52,919 nt of DNA from Candidatus Eiseniibacteriota bacterium (GCA_043720995.1 JAYSRO010000345.1:1-52919); one strand, 5' to 3'; shown: positions 1 to 9,147, counted from the first letter of the stretch. The notes: generated by a model from the sequence alone, not told the origin. Made by a program: numbers and translations.

Positions 1-771
1 GGCGTCACGCTGCGGCTGGGCGAGGAAGTCGCCATGGTCGAAGCGGTGGGCCAGCAGGCGATCGTCACCATGAAGAGCGGCAAGCGCATCGCGACCGAAC
101 TGGTGATGGTCTCGGCAGGACGCATCGGCGCCACGGTGGATCTCGGGCTCGAGTGCGCCGGGCTGACCGCCGACGATCGCGGCCGCCTGAAGGTCAACGA
201 GCACTACCAGACGCCCGTGCCTCATATTTACGCTGCCGGCGATTGCATCGGCTTCCCGGCACTCGCCTCCACGAGCGCCGAGCAGGGCCGCCTCGCCGCG
301 TTGCATGCGTTCGACATGCCGGGCACGTCGATCCCCGAACTGTTCCCGTTCGGCATCTACGCCATCCCTGAGATCTCGTGGGTCGGCCGCAACGAACGCG
401 ACCTGACGGCCGCCGGGGTGCCGTTCGAGACGGGTGTCGCGCGCTATCGCGAAATCGCGCGCGGCCACATCCTCGGTGACGAGCACGGCATGCTGAAGCT
501 CATCTTCCATATCGACACGCACAAGATCCTCGGCGTGTGGGCGATGGGTACGCAGGCCACCGAGCTCGTGCACATCGGGCAGGCCGTCATGGCACTCGAC
601 GGCACGCTCGAGTTCTTCGTGCGCACGGTGTTCAATTACCCGACGCTCGCCGAGTGCTACAAGGTCGCCGCACTCGAGGGCTTCAACAAACTGCAGACGC
701 TCGGCCTGCTGTCGAACATCCACTCGAACGAACTCAAGGCGATCGCGGCGGAGCTGCCGAAGGCGGTGTAG
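1..771 (+). CDS. sthA: Soluble pyridine nucleotide transhydrogenase (SthA/UdhA), C-terminal part; 5' end lies outside the window
   Basis: Frame 1 is open from nt 1 (GVTLRLGEEVA...) into track ORF 34..771. The translation carries YAAGDCIGFPALAS (FAD site) and IPEISWVG / FNYPTLAECYKVAAL (dimerisation domain), which match the E. coli SthA layout nearly position for position. Confidence 0.88.
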   Translation, partial: GVTLRLGEEVAMVEAVGQQAIVTMKSGKRIATELVMVSAGRIGATVDLGLECAGLTADDRGRLKVNEHYQTPVPHIYAAGDCIGFPALASTSAEQGRLAALHAFDMPGTSIPELFPFGIYAIPEISWVGRNERDLTAAGVPFETGVARYREIARGHILGDEHGMLKLIFHIDTHKILGVWAMGTQATELVHIGQAVMALDGTLEFFVRTVFNYPTLAECYKVAALEGFNKLQTLGLLSNIHSNELKAIAAELPKAV

Positions 772-779
772 CGGCGCGC

Positions 780-1877
780 ATGCCCGATCGAAGCCACCGC
801 TCGCCGCTGCGCGCATGGCGCGCCACACTCACCGCACTCGCAATCGCGACCATCGTCGCGCTCGCAGGCTGCTCCAAGCACTCCACCGCGCCGCGCTCGT
901 CGCTGCCGCCGCGCACGTTCATGATGGGCTTCTCCGCTATTCCGCCGCGGTTGGTGTTCGACCAGTTGTTGGCGAACATCAATCTGTGGTCCCAGCGCAG
1001 CGATGGCGCGATCATGAGTGACGAGGTGCCGTGGGACTCGCTGCTCGCGGGAGTGCCCGCCGATTCGTTCGTATTGCGCAACCAGTTGCCGCTGGCGCAG
1101 TACTATCGCGCCAAGCAATTGCGGCTGGTCGTGATGATCGATCCGGCGAACGGTCTCAATCGCGCGGCCGAATCCAACCCGCTCGTCCACGCGGGCCGCA
1201 GCATCGCTGAGCCCGCAATCCAGCAGCTCTATCGCGATTACGCGGTGGCGATGGATGCGCTGCTGCATCCCGACTATCTGGGGTTGGCACTCGAGACCAA
1301 CTTGATTCGCGTGCAGTCCCCATCGCCCATCTACAACGCGGTCGTGCAGATGAGCAACGCCGCGGCGGCCGACATCCGCCTGCGGGACTCGCGTGTTCCG
1401 CTGTTGGTGAGCATCCAGATGGAAGTGGCGTGGGGCGTGCTGACGAGCGGCGGTGGATTCGTGGGCATTGCCCAGGACCTCGCCGACTTCCCGTTCATGC
1501 AGGCGATCGGGCTGTCGTCGTACCCCTACCTCGCCGGCTTCACGCATCCCGACAGTCTGCCGAACGACTACTACTCGCGCGTTGCCTTCGGCACCGGCTT
1601 GCCGATGCTCGTCACGGAGGGCGGCTGGTCCTACGAGACGGTTTCGGCCACGGCGACCAGTCCGGCGCTGCAACGGCAGTACATGATCCGCCAGGCCCAA
1701 TTGCTGGACGCGACGCGCGCCGTGGGCTGGTTCCAGCTCACCTTCACCGATCTCGACTTGACCGTGTGGCCGGTGGAGATCGCCCCGTTCGCGCACCTCG
1801 GGCTCGTCGATGTCGACCTTAGCCCCAAGCCGGCGCTGGCGGCGTGGGACTCCCTGTTCGCTCGACCGCGTCAGTAG
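780..1877 (+). CDS. Predicted lipoprotein, glycoside-hydrolase-like TIM-barrel protein (function unknown)
   Basis: In-frame ATG at 780 inside track ORF 537..1877, 8 nt after the sthA stop. The N-terminus ...ATLTALAIATIVALAGC is a signal peptide plus lipobox (LAGC). The body has normal amino-acid composition, and LVTEGGWSY resembles a clan GH-A nucleophile strand (weak, by eye). Confidence 0.6.
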   Translation: MPDRSHRSPLRAWRATLTALAIATIVALAGCSKHSTAPRSSLPPRTFMMGFSAIPPRLVFDQLLANINLWSQRSDGAIMSDEVPWDSLLAGVPADSFVLRNQLPLAQYYRAKQLRLVVMIDPANGLNRAAESNPLVHAGRSIAEPAIQQLYRDYAVAMDALLHPDYLGLALETNLIRVQSPSPIYNAVVQMSNAAAADIRLRDSRVPLLVSIQMEVAWGVLTSGGGFVGIAQDLADFPFMQAIGLSSYPYLAGFTHPDSLPNDYYSRVAFGTGLPMLVTEGGWSYETVSATATSPALQRQYMIRQAQLLDATRAVGWFQLTFTDLDLTVWPVEIAPFAHLGLVDVDLSPKPALAAWDSLFARPRQ

Positions 1878-2337
1878 CGCCCACGGTCCTGCTGCGCCGA
1901 CGCGCCGACGGCACCCCGAAACACACCACACGTCCAGTCCATGTCATGGAAATAGACCAACAAAACGGGCTCCATCTTCTGGACACGGGGTATACGGGAC
2001 CGTATGTTTCGGTTCCGAATCGCCTGAAGTGCGGGCGAGTTTATTGCGGTCTGCGTCTAGGGGCAGTCAATTTGCCCTTCTCGACCCGGCCCGCCGGATT
2101 GGCTCCTTTTGTCATGTCGTAGTCCCGCAACCGCTTTCGCACGAAGAGCTTGATGCCGTTGTGGGCACACCTTTTGCGATGCCGGGCGCGGGCTTTAAGG
2201 CGAACCCTTCCGTCCTCCCCGGCGTCGGAAGCTTCGTCTTTGGGCTGCGACCGCTCCCACCCAGCTCAGAGCTCTACACGTTCGGCGCGACTGAAAGCAG
2301 CATTATCAGGCTCGATGCCTGAACAGCGGAGACCCCA

Positions 2338-4230
2338 TTGACCGTCCGCCACTCCATCGTCGCACTCATCGCCACGGCCGCAGTGCTGTGCGCGAGCATG
2401 GCCGGGGCCGCCACCTACTTCGTTTCGCCCACGGGCAACTCCTCCAACGCGGGCACCTCCGGTGCGCCCTGGACGCTGAGCAAGGCAAACGCTTCGCTCG
2501 CAGCGGGCGACGTCGCCGTACTGCTCCCGGGTGACTACGGCACGGCCACCATCGCGCCTGCCGCCAGCGGCACCTCCTACACCAAATTCATCACCTACGT
2601 CGGCAGCCTTTCGAACCCGGCCAGCACGATCGTCGCGGGCATCACGTTCGGCACCGGCGGTTCGGCAAAGCAGTACATCAGCGTGAAGGGTGTCCAGATC
2701 AACAGCAGCACGCTGGTATTCGGCGGCGCGCGTGATTCTGTTTCGTGGTGCAAGGCGCCCAATGCATCGGTGTCGATCGTGCTCGGTGGCGATGACTGCG
2801 TGCTCGCGAACTCGACGTTCAGCGGCAGCAAGGTGTGGGTCGAGGGCGGCCTGAATGGTCCGAGCGCTTCCCTGGTGAAGCGTGACACGCTCTACAACTG
2901 CTCGTTCAACATGTATATGGACGGCTATGGCCCGGCGATCCGTGTCAACGCCACGGAGGGGCTGATCTTCCGCCGCTGCCGCTTTATCGCGACCATCGGC
3001 CCTAATGGCGATCACGGCACCTTCAAGTTGTACGGCTGCCGCTCGGGCCAGTTCATCGACTGTTACTTCGACTTCACCAACACGCGCACCTCCGCCTGCG
3101 ACGAGTGTGGACTCGGCTACTTCCGCGACTACACGGTCCAGACGGTGTTCCTGCGCGATACGCTGGTGTTCCGCGCCGGCGCCGGCTCCATGAATGAACT
3201 GCTGCTCTCGGCTTCGGGTTCGTTCCCCGGCACCGTCGTCGGCAACCGTTACGACGGTTGCGTGTTCATCCAGGAGAAGTCCGTCAGCACGGGCGCTCTT
3301 TACTGGCAGAATGGCGCGCAGGGCGACACGATCCAGAACTGCGTCGTCTTGAGCATCGCCGGCACGCCGATTGAGATGTCGGGATTCTCGGACAATTGCG
3401 TGATCCGTCACAACACCTTCGTCTATCTCGGCACCAACGGACGCGCGGGCGACACCTACGCCGGCGGCGCCTTCGAATGGAGCGGCGCGGGAGAAGTGAA
3501 GGACAACATTTTCTACTCGCCCAATGGCAACAGCTATGCGTTCGCCGTCTCGGCGGCGGCGGTCAGTGGCGGCTATTATTCGGGCGACAACAATCTGCTG
3601 TTCAGCAACAAGGGCGCTGCGTCATCCCTGATGTGGGCGAACACGCTGAGCTCCCCAGGCGCCACGGGAAGGGCCTGCGTCAACGACTTCGATGAGTGCC
3701 ACAGCAAGTTCGGCGACCCGTTGTTCGTCGGCGGCTCGGGAGTGTTCGGGTTCGACCCGCATCTGAAGGCAGGGTCCCCGGCGATCGGCGCAGCCTCGGA
3801 CGGCAAGGACATCGGCGCGCTGGCGTTCGGCACCTCGGGCGTCGATATCCTGCCCCCCGCGCCCATCCTCAATGTTTCCGTGACGCAGACCACGGACAAC
3901 AGCGCGGTACTCGCCTGGACCGCCACCGGCGATGACGGCAGCAGTGGCAGAGCGGCACTCTACGAAGTGCGCATCGCATCTGTGCCCATCACCGACCTGA
4001 ACTTCGCCAGCGTCGGCCTCGTCTCAAATGCCCTCGTGCCCAAGTCCGCGGGCGGCGCGGAACAGTTTGTGATCCCGGGCCTGAGCCCGGGCACGATCTA
4101 CTTCTTCGCGATCAAGGCCATCGACGATGTCGGCAATAAGTCGATCGCGAGCAACGCGCCCACGACCACCACGGCCGGAACCGACACCATTGCGCCGGGG
4201 CAAATCCAAGACCTCAACGCGGGACCGTAG
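2338..4230 (+). CDS. Secreted right-handed parallel beta-helix protein with C-terminal fibronectin type III-like domain
   Basis: TTG start 6 nt after GGAG. Signal peptide MTVRHSIVALIATAAVLCASMAGA, followed by the typical beta-helix N-cap (YFVSPTGNSSNAGTSGAPWTL). The body has repetitive N/G/C-rich coils, and the C-terminus is an FN3-like module (NSAVLAWTATGDDGSSGRAALYEVR...GTIYFFAIKAIDDVGN). Confidence 0.75.
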   Translation: MTVRHSIVALIATAAVLCASMAGAATYFVSPTGNSSNAGTSGAPWTLSKANASLAAGDVAVLLPGDYGTATIAPAASGTSYTKFITYVGSLSNPASTIVAGITFGTGGSAKQYISVKGVQINSSTLVFGGARDSVSWCKAPNASVSIVLGGDDCVLANSTFSGSKVWVEGGLNGPSASLVKRDTLYNCSFNMYMDGYGPAIRVNATEGLIFRRCRFIATIGPNGDHGTFKLYGCRSGQFIDCYFDFTNTRTSACDECGLGYFRDYTVQTVFLRDTLVFRAGAGSMNELLLSASGSFPGTVVGNRYDGCVFIQEKSVSTGALYWQNGAQGDTIQNCVVLSIAGTPIEMSGFSDNCVIRHNTFVYLGTNGRAGDTYAGGAFEWSGAGEVKDNIFYSPNGNSYAFAVSAAAVSGGYYSGDNNLLFSNKGAASSLMWANTLSSPGATGRACVNDFDECHSKFGDPLFVGGSGVFGFDPHLKAGSPAIGAASDGKDIGALAFGTSGVDILPPAPILNVSVTQTTDNSAVLAWTATGDDGSSGRAALYEVRIASVPITDLNFASVGLVSNALVPKSAGGAEQFVIPGLSPGTIYFFAIKAIDDVGNKSIASNAPTTTTAGTDTIAPGQIQDLNAGP

Positions 4231-4232
4231 GC

Positions 4233-5471
4233 TTAGGCCGGCTTCACCCGGGCAAACACCCCGCGCGCCAGCGTGATCACCACGATGAGCGAGGCCAGGG
4301 CCAGCAGCGATGACAGCACGTAGGCCGCACCGGGGAACCACACCGGCCCGCCGGCCCTCGTGAAGCGCGCCAGCACGCTCGTCATCAACAGCGGCCCAAT
4401 GATCGCGGCGACGCTCTGCATGCTGGCGACGCCGCCCTGGAGCTCTCCCTGCTCGTTCGGCTCGACCAGCTTGGACAGGGTCGAGTTCATCGAGGGGAAC
4501 ACCAGGCCCTGCAACGCCGCGAAGCTCGAGACGGCGTACAGCATCCAGCCATAGGGGACGAGCGCGTTGGCGAGGAACCCCGCCATGCCGATCGAGAGCC
4601 CCAGCAGGATGGCCTTGCGCTCGCCAATCCTGGGGATGAGCCGGCGCGTCACGAAGGCCTGCGCGAGCGCCATGGTCAGTCCTGCGTACGCCAGCGAAAG
4701 GCCCACGGCGTGGTCGCTCCAGCCGAACTTCAACTTGGTGAAAAACGCCCAGGTCGACGGGTAGGCCTGGTGCGCGAGGATCCACAGGAACCACGCCACG
4801 AACAGCGGACGCGCCTGCTTGTGCCGCGCCAGCGAGCGGAACGTGCCCAGTGGGTTGGCGCGGGACAGCGCGAACGGCCGCCGGCGCTCGGGTGACAGCG
4901 ACTCGGGCAGCAGGAAGAACCCCGCTGCGGCGTTGATCAGGGCGAGTCCGCCCGCGACGAAGAACGGCGCGCGCGTCCCAAAGCTGCCGAGCAGGCCGCC
5001 GATCGCCGGGCCGATCGTGAACCCCAGGCCGAAGGCGGCGCCGATCAGGCCGAAATTCTGGGCCCGCCGCTCGGGCGGCGTGATGTCGGCGATGTAGGCG
5101 GTCGCCGGCACGAATGTGGCGCCCGCGATCCCCGCGATGGCGCGCGTCAGGAACAGCCAGCCATACGTGGGAGCCAGCCCCATCATGAAGTAGTCGAGGC
5201 TGAAGGCGACCATGCTGATGAGGATCACCGGGCGCCGCCCGTAGCGGTCCCCCAACCCGCCGAGCACCGGCCCGAACATGAACTGCATGATGGCGAACAC
5301 GCCCATCAGCCAGCCGGACATGCGCGCGGCGTCGCCCAGCGTGGTATGCGTGAGCCCGACGATCAGGTCCGGCATCACCGGGAGCACGATGCCGAAGCCG
5401 ATCATGTCGATGATCAGCACGCTCAAGACGATCGTCAGCGCGCGGCGTTCCTGCGCGGGCGGCGAAGACAT
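4233..5471 (-). CDS. MFS transporter, TetA/TCR (DHA1, 12-TMS) drug:H+ antiporter family
   Basis: 412-aa hydrophobic ORF. LDMIGFGIVLPVMP, GxLGDRYGRRPVILISM (MFS motif A) and GLGFTIGPAIGG line up with the class A/B TetA pattern. The overlapping 593-aa Arg-rich ORF 4024..5805 is an alternate-frame artefact. Confidence 0.85.
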   Translation of the reverse strand: MSSPPAQERRALTIVLSVLIIDMIGFGIVLPVMPDLIVGLTHTTLGDAARMSGWLMGVFAIMQFMFGPVLGGLGDRYGRRPVILISMVAFSLDYFMMGLAPTYGWLFLTRAIAGIAGATFVPATAYIADITPPERRAQNFGLIGAAFGLGFTIGPAIGGLLGSFGTRAPFFVAGGLALINAAAGFFLLPESLSPERRRPFALSRANPLGTFRSLARHKQARPLFVAWFLWILAHQAYPSTWAFFTKLKFGWSDHAVGLSLAYAGLTMALAQAFVTRRLIPRIGERKAILLGLSIGMAGFLANALVPYGWMLYAVSSFAALQGLVFPSMNSTLSKLVEPNEQGELQGGVASMQSVAAIIGPLLMTSVLARFTRAGGPVWFPGAAYVLSSLLALASLIVVITLARGVFARVKPA

Positions 5472-5565
5472 CCGGGGGTGGACCCTCGTACGGTAATGCG
5501 CTGCGCGGCGGGCGTGAAGTGACGAACGCAGGGCTTAGGGCCCGCCAGCCTAGCACCCGGACCGC

Positions 5566-5609
5566 ACCCAAAACACTTCGAGCCGGAATCCCGTGGGGAC
5601 CCCGGCTCG
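5566..5609 (-). terminator. Candidate intrinsic terminator downstream of the fasciclin gene
   Basis: 8-bp stem cgagccgg (5579..5586) / ccggctcg (5602..5609). On the minus strand it is followed by aagtgttttgggt, a short U-run. Confidence 0.4.
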
Positions 5610-5614
5610 CGTGC

Positions 5615-5654
5615 GTTGCGACGTTGCGACGTTGCGAGGTTCGGACGTTGCGGC
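5615..5654. repeat. Five tandem 8-bp repeats, consensus GTTGCGAC
   Basis: Direct read: gttgcgac gttgcgac gttgcgag gttcggac gttgcggc. It lies in the spacer between the fasciclin stop (5670) and the MFS start (5471). Confidence 0.95.
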
Positions 5655-5669
5655 CTAGCGATGTCGCGG

Positions 5670-6212
5670 TTACTTCGGCATCACCACGCGGTCGATCACG
5701 TGGATCACACCGTTCGACTGCATCACGTCGTAAGTCGAGATGTCGGCGATGTTGCCCTGCTCGTCCTTCAGCACGATGTTGGCCGGGCCGTTCATCATCA
5801 CCCACAGCTTGCCGCCGCTGACGGTCGTCAATTGCGCCGAGCCCTTGCCCGCCTTGATCGCCTTCTTCAGGTCGTCGGACGTCATGCGGCCCGCGACGAC
5901 ATGGTAAGTCAGCACGTTCGTCAACGTGGGCTTGCCTTCGGCGGTCAGCAACTTCTCGACCGTGCCATCGGGCAGCATCTTGAACGCGGCGTTGGTCGGA
6001 GCGAAAACCGTGAAGGGTCCCTTGCCCTTGAGCGTCTCCACCAACCCCGCGGCCTTGACCGCCGCGACGAGCGTGGTGTGGTCGGCGGAGTTCACCGCAT
6101 TGTCGACGATGTCGCGGGCAGGCAACATGTCCTGGCCACCCACCATCACGGTGGCGCCCACGGCCGCCGGCGCGAGCGCAGCCAGCACCATCATTACGTT
6201 GAGCATCTTCAT
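5670..6212 (-). CDS. Secreted fasciclin (FAS1) domain protein
   Basis: AGGAG 7 nt upstream of the ATG. Signal peptide MKMLNVMMVLAALAPAAVGA. FAS1 hallmarks TVFAPTNAAF and LTYHVVAG. Confidence 0.85.
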   Translation of the reverse strand: MKMLNVMMVLAALAPAAVGATVMVGGQDMLPARDIVDNAVNSADHTTLVAAVKAAGLVETLKGKGPFTVFAPTNAAFKMLPDGTVEKLLTAEGKPTLTNVLTYHVVAGRMTSDDLKKAIKAGKGSAQLTTVSGGKLWVMMNGPANIVLKDEQGNIADISTYDVMQSNGVIHVIDRVVMPK

Positions 6213-6483
6213 CTGAAAGTCTCCTGTTGAATGAGCGGTTGGGTGAAGCGGCCGGGACGCTTCCGGAGCATCCGGACGCGTGCCGTCTTCACCCGCTCTA
6301 CGCGCCCCGCACAGGATCGGATGAGCGCCCGGAGGTCAGGGCGCTGTCATGCAATCCTTCGGGAACCAAACTCATCTCAAGGGCGTTCGGTTGCGTAGTA
6401 GGAATGAACCCACCGCCACGCGATCCGCGTGCCGGGCGGCTCTCCAGCATTTTCTAGCCCTTCAGGACAGGAGCTACGCTGCC

Positions 6484-7014
6484 ATGAAATTCCATTCGCT
6501 GTTGGCCCTCGCCACGGGCCTGCTGGTGGTCGCCGCGGTTTCGGTGGCGTTCGCACGCAGCCCGCACCCGAAACCCGCATCGCATCGCGCCACGCCCGCC
6601 GCCAAGCCCGCCGCCGCTGCGGACCGGATCGTCAAGACCGATGCGGAGTGGAAGCAGTTGCTCACGCGCGAGCAGTATCGCGTGTTGCGCGCAAAGGGCA
6701 CCGAGATCGCGTTCACGGGCAAGTACTGGAACGAACATGCCAAGGGCGAGTATCACTGCGCCGCGTGCGACTACGCGTTGTTCAACTCGGGGCAGAAGTT
6801 CGACTCGGGCACGGGGTGGCCGTCGTTTTGGCAGCCCGCGATCGCGTCGCACGTGTTGAAGGATGCCGACACGAGTCTGGGGATGGAGCGCGATGAGGTC
6901 GTGTGCGCCCGCTGCGGCGGCCACCTGGGTCACGTGTTCGAGGACGGACCGGCGCCGACGGGGCTGCGCTACTGCATCAACTCGGTATCGCTGAAGTTCA
7001 TCCCAGCCAAGTAA
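6484..7014 (+). CDS. msrB: Peptide-methionine (R)-S-oxide reductase MsrB with N-terminal signal/anchor sequence
   Basis: ATG at 6484 is preceded by AGGAG. Two zinc CxxC pairs ([20 protein letters not shown]) and the catalytic RYCINS motif are present. The N-terminus [24 protein letters not shown] is hydrophobic. The upstream extension of track ORF 6349.. lacks support. Confidence 0.9.
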   Translation: MKFHSLLALATGLLVVAAVSVAFARSPHPKPASHRATPAAKPAAAADRIVKTDAEWKQLLTREQYRVLRAKGTEIAFTGKYWNEHAKGEYHCAACDYALFNSGQKFDSGTGWPSFWQPAIASHVLKDADTSLGMERDEVVCARCGGHLGHVFEDGPAPTGLRYCINSVSLKFIPAK

Positions 7015-7096
7015 CGTCAGGTAGCAACTAAAACGAGGCGGCCAGGTAGCGGCCGCCCCGTTGTCGCGTTCGGGACGCGAGTGAAACCGTCTCGTC

Positions 7097-8089
7097 TCAG
7101 CGAGGTCCGTCGTTGGCCATCGCTCCGTACGCCTCGCCCCGGTTGATATAGGGGAACAGCCAGGCATTGGAGTGGTACGCCGAGGCGGGATCGCCCAGGG
7201 TGCCCGCGGAGATAGCGTTGATGCCGAAGTGCTTCAGGCCGGCATCACCCGGCGTGTACCACGTGCCGGTATAGGTATTGTCGCCGTTCGCCGTCAGCGG
7301 CGCGCGGGTTTCGCGGTGCATCAGCACGACGATGTCATCCGGAGCGCCCGTCGTGACGGTGATGGTCACCGGCGTTCCCGGCGTGGCGCACCACAGCTTG
7401 TTCCAGTGAATCGCCACGGCCGGATCGGAGAACGTGCTGTCCGCCTCGCCCGCCTGGACGCGGATGCTCTGGATCACCGGCTGCGTGCCCGGGCCCTCGA
7501 TCTCCGAGGTCACGTTCACGCCCGAGGCCGAGACCAGCCGCCACGGACGGCCATGGTTGAGCGCCGGGGAGACGCGCGCCAGCCACAGGTGACGAACCCA
7601 GTGATCGGCCAGCGGCTTCGTCGATTCGTGCTGCACGACCGAATCGCCGGCCACGCCCTGCAACACTTCCGGCGTCAGGAGGTGCAGGGTACCCGTGAAA
7701 TGCTTGTGCACCGTGATGTGCGCCGCGGTCGGGCGGCCACTCGAATCCTGCTCGGTGAATTCATAATCGAAGCTCGTCGTGCGGCCCGTGATCACGCGCC
7801 ACCAGCGACGCTGCGTGTTCTGCGGGGTCCGCTCCCCTTCGGGACCGCCCTCGCTACCGATACCGTTGAGCGGCGCGGCGCCGCCCACGTGGGCAACGCT
7901 GAAGTCGCTCGGCGCGCTCGTATCGTACGAGCCGTCCGTGGCGATTTCGGGCGCAGCGACGATCGACGTCTGCACGTTGACCTGATCCGTGGTCAGTCCC
8001 GAACCCGTCAGATCGGTGCTGTTTGAAGAACAACCCGTCATCGCCATCGCGGCGATTCCCAGCATCAGCAACCCTGCTTTGCGAATCAT
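7097..8089 (-). CDS. Hypothetical lipoprotein
   Basis: ATG at 8089 is preceded by AGGAGG. MIRKAGLLMLGIAAMAMTGCSS is a signal peptide plus lipobox. I recognised no family. Confidence 0.6.
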   Translation of the reverse strand: MIRKAGLLMLGIAAMAMTGCSSNSTDLTGSGLTTDQVNVQTSIVAAPEIATDGSYDTSAPSDFSVAHVGGAAPLNGIGSEGGPEGERTPQNTQRRWWRVITGRTTSFDYEFTEQDSSGRPTAAHITVHKHFTGTLHLLTPEVLQGVAGDSVVQHESTKPLADHWVRHLWLARVSPALNHGRPWRLVSASGVNVTSEIEGPGTQPVIQSIRVQAGEADSTFSDPAVAIHWNKLWCATPGTPVTITVTTGAPDDIVVLMHRETRAPLTANGDNTYTGTWYTPGDAGLKHFGINAISAGTLGDPASAYHSNAWLFPYINRGEAYGAMANDGPR

Positions 8090-8299
8090 TTCCCTGTTCC
8101 TCCTGGAAGATCCATAGCCTTGAGGCGAGGCCAAGAGCCTGCGCGTGATTACAGAACCGCGGCTCGATAAGGCACCTCGTGTGCCATGTCCAGAAAGGCG
8201 GGAAAGTGTTGCGGCTGCGATGGCGGGGTGGAATTTCCCAGTGCAGGGAGATACACGGCATCGTTTCCTGCACGGCGGCCCCGCGGCACCGACGCAGAA

Positions 8300-8326
8300 G
8301 GGGCGGACCCCAGAGGGATCCGCCCC
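8300..8326 (-). terminator. Weak hairpin downstream of the glycine-zipper lipoprotein gene
   Basis: 8-bp stem ggggcgga / tccgcccc with an 11-nt loop. There is only a short U-containing tail on the minus strand. Confidence 0.3.
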
Positions 8327-8355
8327 ATCAATCGATACGTCAGTAGTGCAAACGA

Positions 8356-9147
8356 CTAGGAATGCACGGTGACCGGGGCCTTCACATTGAAGGTCACGAC
8401 GGTGCCTTCCTTGATGACGACCTGGTAGCCCTTCGACTTGGCGACTGCGGCGCCCGATGCAACACCACCGATGAGTCCGCCGATCAAGGCGCCCTTGCCG
8501 CTGCCGCCGACCGCGCGGCCGATCAAGGCGCCCGCTCCCACACCCGCAGCCATCGCGCCAAGGTTGCGCGCGCGCGGCGAGCCCGCTTCGATCGATTCCG
8601 TGCCGCCTTCAACCGCGATCTTATTGCCGTTGACCGTGATCGCCGTGACGCCCAGCCCGAGCCGCGCCAGTGAGCCCTTGGCGGCAGGCAGCGCTTCGGT
8701 CACCACACCGCTGACCACCGAGCCGGCCGGGAACACGACGCGATCGCCGACGATGATGTTTTCCTTCACGGTGCCCGTCCACGTGTCGCCGACGTTCGCC
8801 GTCTCGCTCGACACCTGCGTGTCGACGCCGATGTTCAGCGCGGTACCGGCAGCCACCGTGACGCCCGGGTCCTTGGCGGGCGCGGGTGCAGCCGGCTTCG
8901 GCTTCGGCTTGGGCTTAGGTGACGTCGATGCGGGCTTGGTCGCAGCCGGCGGCGTTTCGGCCGGCGGGGTCTGCTGGTTGAAGTCGGCCTCCGGCGTGAT
9001 GCTGCCCGAAGGCTGCTCGACCGGGTTCGACGCCAACAGGCTGTCGGTGCTCGCCGTGGTGTCCATGGCGGTCTGCTTGGCGCCACAACCGGTCAGCGCG
9101 AAGGCGGCGAAAAAGGCAACTGCGGCAAGTGCGGACAAGCGACGCAT
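8356..9147 (-). CDS. Lipoprotein with Pro/Lys/Ala-rich linker and C-terminal glycine-zipper segment
   Basis: ATG at 9147 with AGGAGG upstream. MRRLSALAAVAFFAAFALTGC is a lipobox signal. The linker is PKPKPKPKPAAPAPA. The C-terminus AMAAGVGAGALIGRAVGGSGKGALIGGLIGGVASGAA is a glycine-zipper pattern. The upstream 260 codons of the track ORF are Arg-rich noise. Confidence 0.7.
   Translation of the reverse strand: MRRLSALAAVAFFAAFALTGCGAKQTAMDTTASTDSLLASNPVEQPSGSITPEADFNQQTPPAETPPAATKPASTSPKPKPKPKPAAPAPAKDPGVTVAAGTALNIGVDTQVSSETANVGDTWTGTVKENIIVGDRVVFPAGSVVSGVVTEALPAAKGSLARLGLGVTAITVNGNKIAVEGGTESIEAGSPRARNLGAMAAGVGAGALIGRAVGGSGKGALIGGLIGGVASGAAVAKSKGYQVVIKEGTVVTFNVKAPVTVHS

Noticed and set aside
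657-1931. 424-aa minus-strand ORF. The same applies to 2266..3411, 11707..13155, 13686..14537, 15719..16897, 19491..20817, 26992..28143, 29002..29853, 37441..38859, 38687..39718, 46172..47149, 48990..49847, 49779..50741, 50840..51820 and 51850..52662
   Set aside because: All are antisense or off-frame shadows of genes with motif support. They share Arg/Ala/Gly/His-biased translations, lack RBS-supported starts, and would require extensive overlap with better-supported CDSs.
1878-2337. 460-bp spacer upstream of the beta-helix gene, examined for a small gene, tRNA or riboswitch
   Set aside because: The overlapping track ORFs (1810..2322, 1844..2122, 2150..2341) have no RBS and poor composition. 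I recognised no conserved RNA motif. It probably holds the promoter and leader, but I cannot support a specific feature.
4233-5471. The TetA-like pump as part of an acquired resistance island
   Set aside because: I see no adjacent tetR, IS element, integron or plasmid genes, and no obvious compositional break. It looks like a native DHA1-family transporter, so a resistance phenotype cannot be inferred.
4024-5805. 593-aa minus-strand ORF overlapping the MFS transporter gene
   Set aside because: It is an alternate frame of the TetA-like gene. The translation is dominated by Arg/Gly/Pro/Ala with no hydrophobic segments, whereas frame 4233..5471 gives a canonical 12-TMS MFS protein.
7037-7057. 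7-bp GC hairpin (ggcggcc/ggccgcc) between the convergent msrB and lipoprotein genes, as a terminator
   Set aside because: The stem is short and no clear U-tract follows on either strand. It is too weak to call as a feature.
8885-8925. 6-bp-period repeat (cttcgg/cttggg, encoding KPKPKPKP on the minus strand)
   Set aside because: It is a low-complexity Pro/Lys linker of the glycine-zipper lipoprotein, a common flexible tether and not an independent element.
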